NCBI GenBank assembly: GCA_036867785.1
Contig: CP145412.1
Location: forward strand, 620,001 to 684,000
Source: Plasmodiophora brassicae
Taxonomy: Eukaryota
DNA length: 64,000 bases
Reading direction: 5' to 3'
Positions 37,247 through 47,323 of the stretch are shown one piece after another (position 1 is the stretch's first letter; each line of letters starts with the position of its first letter). A model generated the notes under the pieces. The model saw nothing but the letters and a program-made list of their open reading frames with translations, did not search any database and was not told the origin of the DNA. The translations under genes were made by a program, and so were the position numbers.

Positions 37247-37706
37247 ATGGCGGAGCATGACTCGCGGGCCGTTGCGAGTGGCGGGTTGCTGTGTTCGTGC
37301 CGCAAAGCGGTCGGCGAGTTCTGCCCGGACGTCGCTGTTGCCGGCGGCGACGACGATAGCCTATCGATCGAGCTGACGGACGAGATGAAGCAGTTTCTGG
37401 TGCGGTCGAAAAGGCGCCGGATCGAGCGCCAAGAACAACGCCGCGCCGCCGACGCTGAACGAGCCCGGAGAGAATGTAGGCAAGCGTTGGCGGTACTTGC
37501 TCTGGTCTATTCGTTGAATGATGCATGTAGATACGCAAGAGCGGGAGAAGAAGTCTAAGGAACGTGCTGCGCGGGCCATACTCTTTGGCAGTCGCGTCGA
37601 TGAAATTGACTCTCTAGAACAGCAGTTAAGCGCTCGGTTTGACGAGTCCGTTCGCCGGCACAACTCTGCACTCTGGCCTGCAGTAGCGTTGTCGTTTGGC
37701 AGGTAG
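37247..37706 (+). CDS. GEMIN8: Gemin8-like protein (SMN complex), 2 exons
   Basis: IELTDEMKQFLVRSKRRRIERQEQ and LFGSRVDEIDSLEQQLSARFD...LWPAVALSF match the conserved Gemin8 C-terminal pattern (LYG...IQAME...FD...YWPVIPL). Confidence 0.7.
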
Positions 37707-37811
37707 TACAATATACTACAAACGGCCAGTAACAGGACGCCAGATATGCTCACCGTGTGCGCCCGCAGGGCACGCGCCGTACTCCAGCCATTATAGTTTC
37801 AACTGGTCAGC

Positions 37812-38195
37812 ATGAAGCCCCCGATGGTAACAGCGGCTGCTTACCCTGCTGAGGTCCACGCCGTCGTTGCGACGTTACTCGTCCTTCTTCTTGTCGCGTC
37901 CCTGGTCGCCGCTTGGCGGCGCCGTCGGCGGGGTGTCAGCCCTGCGCTGCGTACTCAAAGCACGTCGCAAACCACGATGCCGTTTGCTGTGGACCCAGCG
38001 CACCCCAAGGCTCTACAGCTTCTGGTCGGGACCGACAGCTCTGATGACGATGGCGACGGTTGTAAGCTATCCAAGGGACGTGTGGGGTCCATCATTCCGT
38101 TGTCGCCCGTGAGCTACGTGAAGTCCCCAGCAACGTTCCAACCTCGACGAAGCATGAGCCCTGCACCCCAAGCAGCCAGCGACGATGCGGTTTGA
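37812..38195 (+). CDS. Small single-pass membrane protein, hypothetical
   Basis: 127-aa ORF with an N-terminal TM followed by an RRRRR stop-transfer signal. Confidence 0.55.
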   Translation: MKPPMVTAAAYPAEVHAVVATLLVLLLVASLVAAWRRRRRGVSPALRTQSTSQTTMPFAVDPAHPKALQLLVGTDSSDDDGDGCKLSKGRVGSIIPLSPVSYVKSPATFQPRRSMSPAPQAASDDAV

Positions 38196-38266
38196 AACTG
38201 TTGTACAGCACAATAATTTAACAGCATGACATTGTGGGCAATGCCAGGATGTCACAGAGTACTGAA

Positions 38267-39661
38267 TCATAGGCGGCTCGGTAGCTTCGAGCGGACAATC
38301 GTGGCCGAAATCATCCCATGTGGCTCATCCGTTGGCAGGTAGACGTCGTTGTTGAACTGACGCGACGAGTCAGTCTTAGGAGACGATGAGCACGCTGTGC
38401 AATACCTTCAGCCCAATTGGCGCCAGGTTCATCGGAATGTAGTGGATGTTCGCTGAAGGAAGGAAGCCCTTAGCACATGTTGCGTTCGGAAACGTCAATG
38501 ATTCGCACTAACGCATGCTGAGAGTAACAGAAGCGACCTCTTTGCACGATTTGACGACTGCTGCACCCATATCGTATAACTGCATATGGGATTCAATGAA
38601 ACCGTCTCGTTATCAGATGAGCATCTGCTAGGTACCGTTTTCTGAACAGACGGCGAATACGCGCCGCCTTTGGAGGGGTCGCCGAAAAACTCCTTCATCA
38701 GCGTGTCATGGACGAGCGCTCTGATCTTCCCAAACTCAAGTTCCCGTAGAGATTCGGTTGGCACGTATCTGGCGGACCCGTTCCTCAGATCGGTACGGAT
38801 GTCATTACGAGTGCCTGACATACGTCCACTGCGCACTGACACATGTTGCCAGAAGCCGATCGGAAACTTCGGGCAGCGTCGTGCGGGAGCACTTTGCAAA
38901 TCCCTCGAACCCGCTCTAACGACGAATCAGTGCACTGCAAGAGGATTAATCGGACCATGGCAACCATGGTCGTCTTAAGTACGATCAAGTCCTTCAATCC
39001 CGATTTCAACTTCACAGACGAGCGTGTTGCCACAAGGTCGACAGTGTCGTAATGGTCTGTCATTCGAGTGAACCCTGTCAGGTCAAGCGTCATTACAGAA
39101 CCATTTGGCTGGTGACGCGCGCGGCGGCTACCATGAGAATGAGGCTTCCCATTGACGTTGACCCGATCCCAAGGTTTAACGTCGATCTCGATTCGAACCT
39201 GACCGAGGGCATGTCAACAGAAGCTCTTCGTACAGCCAACCAACGTCATACCTCACTGATAACAGCGTACGATGACAGGAACAGATCGGCAAGCACAAAC
39301 CTGAACCAGGGTATGAGACACGATTCGATTGAGGTGCCCTCGCCGTCACGCTACGCGAAAGCATCGGCAGTTGTAAACTTTGTAAACGATTTCGCGGCAG
39401 CGTTAACGGTGTTCTTGATCGTATCCGTCGGGACGACCGCTGTCGGACGTGGTAAGCACGCCACTGCGTATTCGGGCAGGAACGCGCCGCGCCCGTACCG
39501 CTATTATCGCCATCCGTGTACGCGGGCGCGGACTCGGACAGGACCGTCACGCGAACCGACATCTCCAGCACGCGGTGACGATCCCCGCGCGACCGGTCAA
39601 CGACCATGACCCGGACCCGGTTCTTCCCATGGCAATGCGACGCCAGCGTCACTCCTGTCAT
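38267..39661 (-). CDS. UOX: Urate oxidase (uricase), peroxisomal, multi-exon
   Basis: HGKNRVRV, YTDGDNS, VVPTDTIKNTV, SGLKDLIVLKTT, YSPSVQKT, NIHY, VYLPTDEPHG, and C-terminal PTS1 -SRL. Confidence 0.95.
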
Positions 39662-39842
39662 CGCTTCGGTAATCCGATTGAACAGCGTCGTCGCGGGTCA
39701 ACCGCCCCTCCCCCCCCTTTTTGCCAAACGATTCCCCGAACCGAACCAAAACCTCGACAGACTCCCCCAGATAGCAGACGTGACGTGCCATCGCAACGAG
39801 CTAATCCACGCGCGGAACACTTCTGGTAGACGGGAATCCGTT

Positions 39843-42479
39843 TTACTGCCATTTGTCCAGATCAGTGTCCTGCTCATGGGCGTTGTCCTGGTCGGGAGGA
39901 TCGCGATGCGGGATCGGGGGATTGGGTGCCGCGCCCTGCTTTCTGGACGGGCTCGTGGCCTTCTCGGGGAGGGACTGCGGGCGCTGCCGGCGAACCCGCT
40001 TGATCATTGAGGTCAGGCGCTGCGAGTCGCTCGTCTCTGGGGCGTCGTCGAACACGTACTTGGGGACGGACGAGTGCTCCAGGGCGAACAGCTCCAGCTG
40101 CTTCCTGATTCGAGCCGGCAGCAGCGGCATGGACGTGTTCACCGGTTCCCGTTTCCGATTAACGACGCTGTGATCTGTCGTCGAGCTACGTGCCGACCCA
40201 GGAATGTCCAGCGGAGCATGAATCGTCAGGACCTGGCGCCCTGCACCAGGTCGAGGCGTAGTCGTCGCCGAACTCATCACTGCGACTCCTTGCGTCTAAG
40301 AACACACGTCGTTAGGGACGCGGACGACCCAGGAGATCAGTATGCGAACCGTTAGGGCGGCCTGGTCGGCGTCGGCACAACCTTGCTGGGACGATCGTGA
40401 ACCCGGAGGTCTCGCAACACGAGACAGGCTGGAACAATGTTAGGGGAGCGCTCCCACTATGCAACCGGGCGGTCGTTACGGTCGCGATGTCAGGAATCCT
40501 CGCGGTTTCGTCGCTGGCGCGGATCTTGCAGGCGTCAACGGCCGATCGATGCGTTGGCCGTCTGGCCCGAGATCCAGCGATGCGACGCGAACACGGGACT
40601 TCACCGACGATATCTTGCTGTCGGATTCGAACCGCAGGATGCGGTCCTCTAGGTCACGTGACAACTGGGCCATTGCGTCGCAGATGGACTCCATCGACTT
40701 CCGCAACCCCCTCTGATACCTAACGGTTAGCGCCAAGGACGACGAGGTGCCAGGCGCTTCCCCACCATGTCGTTCGCTCTCTGATCCTGTAGCCGATCCA
40801 GCTGTGCTTGGATGGTGAACACCGATGCCGTGTTTCCGGGTTCGCCAGGCCGAATCTGCAACGTGCTGGCACTGCCTAACGCCATGGCCTTGCGCATCTG
40901 TCGCTGCACGTCCGACGTAACGGTTTCGTACAGCGCGTTCAGCGAGGACTGGACGCGGTCCTCCAGTTTCTTCATCTGGGGGAGCAAACTGCCGTTCGGG
41001 ACCAGGCCGCGTCACGATCACGGGCGATTCGACCTACGTTCTCGCCGACGATCTTGGTGTGCCGGCGGATGTCGTCCACCTGCGACAGCACATCGCCGTA
41101 CTTCTCGGTGAAGATGGCGGTGTTCGTGTTGACAGTGGCCATGAGCATGGCTGCCTGGTCCTCGGAGCCGGAGCTGTCCCGCTCACGCTTGCTGCTCATG
41201 CTGGCCGCCTGGGTCTCCAGCCTTTCGGTCGCCTCGAGCAGCATTGTGATCTCCGAGGCGCGATGGTTCTGACCCACGATGTCGGCGAACATCGAAAGCG
41301 CGACAGAAAACGATGGACCTTTTCATGTGCAATGCACTCTTCGGTGTACGATACCATTTTCTGCAGCGCTTCATCTTTGTTCTTCGAGCAGTCAGATGCC
41401 ATTTGGTCAAGTCCTGCGGCAGAAGCACATGAGGGCAGTATCGGGACGGCTCGTCGCGCAGACATACTCGCCGACAACTTCTGGTTCGCTTGTTTGGCGG
41501 CCTCGGCCAATCGGAACAGTTTGGCGAACTCGGACAGCTTGTCGACCTGGAAGGCGCTGAACTCCTGACGCAGCGTTTCCATCGCCTTTTCTTCGGTCGT
41601 CATGAACTCTGACTGCAAATCGGCAACCGCCGTGTGTAAGGCCAAGGTGAACGTTCATGTCGGGTGTCACGTACGATTTGACGCTCTAACTCCAGAATCC
41701 GTTGTTGCTGAAAATGAATCGTTTCCCAGCATCCGTCCTGGCGTTTCTTCATCGATGTTATGTGCTCTTTCAGCATCGACGTCGTTGACAGTTCGCGAAG
41801 TTCAAATCCGGCGCTCAAGTTCTTGACCAGAGACTCCAGCGACGTCTAGCAAACTTCCGAATCAGGCACCGATGCACGATTCCAGGCGATCGAACACCAC
41901 CGATCGCTGGGTGGCGTCTCGACTCTGCTTCTGTAGCTCATTCTTTAACCTGACGTTCTCTTCCGCCAGCGCGTTCATTTGCACTGAAAGCGTTCCGATT
42001 TGGTTCTCGACACTGGTTCGCTAGCGCAGGAATTGCCCAATAAACAACCCGTGGGTACCAGACGACGCCATAAGCAGGTTCGTACAAATGTGTGCACAGT
42101 GGTCTCAATCGTGTTCCAGATGTCTCTTGAGTTCGACGAGGCATCCTGCGAGTTTTGCTGCAAAGAACAGTCAGGCGTGATCCAGGGCAGCGTGGGCCCA
42201 ACAGCTGACTTCAACAGTCTCCATCCTACGATTCACCTCGAACACCTCCCGGCACAGGTTCGATATCAGTCGAACTGCCGAATTCGGCAGGCCTCTGAGG
42301 GCCTCCCTCGGGATGTCGTCCACAGGACCACCCTCCATCGCCACGACGCCCAGCGCACACGTTCTGCAACGATGACGATGCCGCCCTCTATTAGCCCTAT
42401 GTACAATCGATCGCGGTACCCCACACACCAACTTCGAGCAATGCACATGAAACTGTGCAGCACGAAGAGCTGCTTCCAT
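39843..42479 (-). CDS. Hypothetical coiled-coil protein, multi-exon (5' end uncertain)
   Basis: Consecutive minus-strand heptad-rich ORFs separated by short intron-like gaps. Confidence 0.5.
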
Positions 42480-42851
42480 GGCGAATGTTCGTAGCGCAGA
42501 TGCGCGGTCGACGTCAACCGTGAGACGCGTATTTCTACAATCTGCTACTCAACGTGGAATCGTCGATAGTTCGTTGGCATTGTAGGCATTTGAGCCCCGT
42601 ATGGAACTTTGGATTGCCCGCAGCAGCCGACACCGTATCTCGTAGTGGATGATCCCGGGAGCCGGCAGACTCTTGGGCGCCTAGCAGGCCTTGGAAACGT
42701 TAGGGAGACGAGTCATCGTGGGCGTTGCTGTGACGTCGGGTACCGTACCCTTCCGGTGGAGACGGCTGCGGCGGGCGGGGCAGAAGATCCCCGTCCACGG
42801 GGCCAATCGACGGCCGAGAGCGCAGTCCGGAAGTGTCGAGGTCCTGCTCAG

Positions 42852-43313
42852 ATGGCATCTGTCGGTCGCGGTACCGCCCATCGTTGGATTGCGCAGACGG
42901 CTGACATGAGGGTGCCGGTGTAGAAATCGGAGCTGGACGCAGCGCAGCGCCAGCTGCATGCACAGGCGGGCGAGCTCCAGCGGTATGATCAGGTGCTCAA
43001 CAGTAAGATCGCGGTGCTGCGGCGGACGCGGCTGACGGAAGCCGAGGTCGATCCGCTCGACGCCAACGCCGCGTCCTACGTTGGCGTTGGACGCATGTAG
43101 ACCACCCCTGCGGTTACGTGCTGATCACGATGGCTGACTGATTGCCGCAGGTTCCTTCGCAAGCCGCTGCCCGACATCAAGACCGACCTGAAGTCGTCGA
43201 TCCAGTCTCTGGAAGGCGAGCTGGCGGAGCTGGAGACATCCAGAACCCGTTTGGCGGCCACGTTCCAGCAGAGCAAGGAGGCGTTCGCTGACATGCTGCG
43301 ACAGCGCGCCTGA
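42852..43313 (+). CDS. PFDN1: Prefoldin subunit 1 (beta type), 3 exons
   Basis: Spliced model: MAS|KSELDAAQRQL...RRTRLTEAEVDPLDANAASYVGVGRM|FLRKPLPDIKTDL...LRQRA*. Confidence 0.85.
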
Positions 43314-43315
43314 CA

Positions 43316-44289
43316 CTAATACAGGATCTTCTTGAATCTCTGCTGCTCCCATACGGCGTTCCGGTTTGGAAACGATCCGGGCAGTCGTCGACTAGGTACA
43401 ACGGGGGCAGTCATAGGGGTATACGACTGTGCACTAACGACGCCGGATCGGTAGAGTGACCCGTCACCACAACTGGTACGGTACGTACGTAGGTGGGAGG
43501 AGGCTATGGAATTGTTAAAAACAGAGAATGGCTGGTTGAGTGTAAAATACATGTATTTTACACGTAAAAAACATGTTTAAAACAGCAGGGGGCTGCGCCC
43601 CCCGCGCAGTACGCCTTCATACCATGGTCACGGTCCTGACAACCCGACCAGATTCGATGACCTCTTCGTCACCAACGGGGTACAAGTGTGTGTCCGAAAT
43701 CGCCTCGGGAAGTGTGCCTGGCTCGGCAATGCCAACGAACCCTGCGAACTCCAGTCGAGTTGCGTCTTCGTCATCGGAATCATCGTCTGGCTCTTCGTCA
43801 AATTTGACGAAGAGCCTTAGGCGAAGCAAGCGACCGGCCGGTTCAACGTGTGAAGGGAGTCATCTCGCGTATCTTTGTACGGCGAGTCATCTGGGCACTT
43901 TAATGCGATCCCAGTTCCTTGTTCGACGTTGCATCCCGATAGTCGAGCGCGTAGCCGGGAGTGCACGTGGTTGCAGGGCTCGTGATTCCGCTCGCCCCCG
44001 ACGACGACGACGCGCACGCGCAACGAAGGCTCTGGGACGGATCGGGAAACCCTTACGTTACCTGTATTTTACAGTGTAAAGTTGGTTCCTGGGTAGTGTA
44101 TTTTACACGTAAAAAACAGGCTTGTAAAAAACACCCCTTCATTACAACAATTCCATAGAGGAGGCCCCATACGGAGTTGGGATGGCGCTGTCGCCGTTGG
44201 CGAAGAAGAGCCTGACCTTGGGGGCGTTCACTCTCATGTGCTACCTCGGCGTCGTGTACCGTATCGAGGTATGAATCGTGCGCTACCAT
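43316..44289 (-). pseudogene. Putative ~85-aa gene interrupted by the transposon at 43505-44157
   Basis: Removing the element and one TSD fuses ...NSVWGLL to PPT. A GTACGT...CGTTAG intron then leads in frame to AQSYTP...RFKKILY*. Confidence 0.4.
43505..44157 (+). mobile_element. Non-autonomous TIR DNA transposon (MITE-like, hAT-type 8-bp TSD), copy 1
   Basis: 12-bp TIR TATGGAATTGTT...AACAATTCCATA. TSD GAGGAGGC at 43497-43504 and 44158-44165. Length 653 bp. Confidence 0.95.
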
Positions 44290-44450
44290 CGCGTCCCCAT
44301 GGCGCCGATGACACCTGCGCAGGGCTGGCGAGCAGAGCAGCAGGCCGCCATTGATGAGCGTCGCCGTCGAGCGGATGCTGCTGCTAAGCGTGGACCCGGC
44401 CCATCGCAGTAACAGGGCCAATCGGCAACGAGGATTTTATTGGGATCTCC

Positions 44451-44991
44451 TTAGTCATCGTACGAAGGCACTGTTGTCATCAGTTATAAGCTTTGTAAAC
44501 TGGATAAATGTTTGACGCCTGGCAGCAAACCTTGGTCGAATGAGAATCCGGGCGTTCCTCGCCATGAATGATATAGGACGTACGACTGATAGCCGCCCTG
44601 TTTAATGTCAAACCCGGCCTCGGCGGGACGCTTCCAGGTTCTTACTGGTATCATCAGAACGGATCCTAGGATCAGCAACGTGTAGACTCTCTCGCCGCCG
44701 CTCACGATGCTGGCCAGGCCGGATATGAAACAGACCAGGCCAACGACGAGCAGAAGGACGGCGACACATGCTGTTCTCCTATAGGTACGATGGTGTGAGG
44801 CACGCGAACGACCAGGTGGTCGACAGCTCGGTGCACCTCGGCAGTCGCCTCGCCTCCTTCTGCAGGAGCCGAACATCATCGTAATGCTCGGCAGACTGCG
44901 GTACCTCGACGTTGACCGGATCCGGAATCGACGCGCTGACACTGTCCCATCCGACGGCGTCGTCGTCTTCCAGGCGCTCCCTACGAACCAT
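44451..44991 (-). CDS. TMEM230/TMEM134-like membrane protein, multi-exon
   Basis: Two TMs, LILGSVLMIP-GGYQSYVLYHSWRGTPGFSFDQ-VPSYDD*, with an AATAAA just downstream. Confidence 0.85.
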
Positions 44992-45124
44992 GTCGACAGA
45001 CAGCGCGCCCGTGGCCTGTGACACTGGAAGTGGGAACAAGAGGACGAGCAGCCTCCCTGTCGAGCAACTGTCACACGCACAGCAGCAGGTGCAGATAGAT
45101 CCCGTTGTGCCGACCCCCTGAACG

Positions 45125-46721
45125 ATGTCGTACGAGCAGCGCTGGTCAGAGCTGGAGGTTCGCCGGCAGGGCATTGCGGACCAGCTCCGCGACCTGGACT
45201 GGAAGACGCAGCGACGCGAATCCGATCGCGGCCGCATTGGCGTCTTCTACCGCAGCCAGCTCCAGAATACGCTCGCCAAGCTCCACAAGGACAAGGTCAC
45301 GTGGCGACGCCAACTCCAGGTCTGCCCGCCGCTCCCTGTCGCGTTTCGTTGGCTAAGGCTCCATTGCAGGCGCTTGACCAGCGTGTCGATGAGCTGATGG
45401 TGACGCGCCGGTCCGCTGAGGATCGGCAGGCCCTTCGCGACCTGAAGAAACACCACTGCGACGTGATTGACAAGATGAAACCGACATGGATAGAGCATAG
45501 CGCACAGCGCGCTGTGGAGCGCTTGGCAGAGACGCAGCGGCAGTTGGAGGAGTCGGTCGTCGCGAAACAGCATGAGCGGGAGGCGCTGAGTAAGGAGCAG
45601 GTCCTCAAGGCGCATATCAGAGGACAGCAAGAACGCGTCCGGGAAATGCAGGCGCAGATGATGCAGACTAGGGCCGCCGACGCCGAGGAAGCCATCCGTC
45701 AGGAAATGGCCCTGCAGGAGGACCAGCAACGACGGGCCACCGAGCAGATACGAGAGGCACAGCGGCTGCAGGAACTACGACTCGCCAAGCTGAAACAGGA
45801 ACGCGAGCGGTTGAGCAAGGAGGCGCAGGAGCAGGACCTACGTGAGGCGCAGCTGGCCGAAGAGGTCGCTCGGGAGCGTGAGAAACTGAATCGCGATATC
45901 GCGGAACGCAACGCGCTTCGGCAGCAGAGACTAGCGGAATTCGCCAGGGAACGGGAACGACTTCTGCAAGAGCAGCAAGAGCAAGGGGTTCAGCAGGCGC
46001 CAGCTGCCAGAGAACGGGAGCATGTCACGAAGCAGGAAGCGGAGCGAAACATGGAACGTCAACGCACGCAGGAAACACCCAAGACGGAAGCGAACGCAGC
46101 GCCCGAACCGCCAGCGCACGGTCCTGTACCAGACGGGGAGCCTCTGGCTCAAGTGGTTCGCGTGCAGGTTACTGCCCCTCCTCAGCAATCCGCCAGCGTT
46201 TCCAAGGCACCAAGCCCCGAACTGACTGAGAGGCCACCTTCCGAATCCGTCGAACCTGCAGCGTATGCAACGATCCCACCTGTCAAACCGGTTGCCGAAG
46301 AAATCAAGCCGACGACGTATGCATCCGTACCGCGTCCTTCAACGTTGAAGGCGCCCGCTCTGCAAGGGCTGTTGACGGGTGGCCTTATTTCTGATACGAG
46401 TGACGACGATTCGTCTCCAGACGAACCCGCTCCTGTTGCTCCATCCTCTGCTCCCGCCGCAAAGGTCTGTCTCGTTAACGACACGATTGGGACCAGTCTT
46501 CTGACAGAGCGACGTCGGTGCAGGCTGCTGCTGCTCCTCCAGTGAGACGCGCCGGGCCGACGCTTAACATTTCCAGTTTGATTTCTGGCGAGGAGACTGA
46601 TTCTGAGGAACCCTCACTGGAAGCCGTACTTCCGATATCGGCAGGCTCGCCAGTGGCTGATGCTGTGAAGCCCCGAGCATTTGCTACACCTGCGCCATCT
46701 GCAGACGAGTTCGATTTCTAA
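45125..46721 (+). CDS. Hypothetical coiled-coil protein with a Pro/acidic tail, 3 exons
   Basis: E/Q/R-rich long ORF with introns near 45320-45370 and 46465-46523. Ends in ADEFDF*. Confidence 0.7.
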
Positions 46722-47323
46722 CAGGAGGTGTTATGCACGTGCAATCCGGGCTGTATTAACTGGTCAACAATTAGACAGCATTGCGAAGCGTCGGTAGTTG
46801 ACCTGGGACGATTCAAGGTGAGCATCAGTTACAACACGGGACTGCTGTGCACACAGACCTCGAGCGTCCTGCTTGCTGTGTGCAAATGGGCGACCGCCTG
46901 ATCGATCGCGACCTGGATATTCCCCCCGGAGGCAGCAATGGCGGAATCCGCATTGCTGGCAAAGCGTGCCTACCACGATGGTCGCGACCGTAAGACTTTA
47001 GAAACGGATTCCGCTGTCCGCTGCCGGTATTACCTCCTCCATGGCGTGCAGCCCGATGGCGATCGCGCCGACGACGACAGCGACCAGAACGACGACCTTC
47101 CGTAGAGCCATCCGATTTGGAAATGCGCCCGGAACGTGAGTCATCGTGGCTACCGAGCACAATGGCCCCAGGAGGTTGACGTTAAGTGAGGTCAGCGGCG
47201 GCCCCAGAATAGGACGCAGCGGGTGGCGTCGGCCGCGTCGGGCCTTGGGCAAACGCCGTGGGCTGTCGTTGCAGAAGACGGGCGGCGGCGGCGTCATTTC
47301 GTTAACACAGCGAGTGGTCGCGC

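Noticed and set aside
3353-39661. Purine-metabolism gene cluster (guanylate kinase, PUP-like transporter, uricase)
   Set aside because: The genes are 14-20 kb apart and interspersed with unrelated housekeeping genes.
43573-44079. 168-aa ORF inside the transposon (and its twin at 62054-62560) as a transposase
   Set aside because: Ser/Arg-rich with no DDE, BED or hAT dimerisation motifs. It looks like the antisense shadow of the acidic opposite-strand frame.
46764-47111. Small secreted or membrane peptide gene (MALRKVVVLVAVVVGAIAIGLHAMEE...)
   Set aside because: The hydrophobic start is plausible, but no consistent spliced model could be built by eye.
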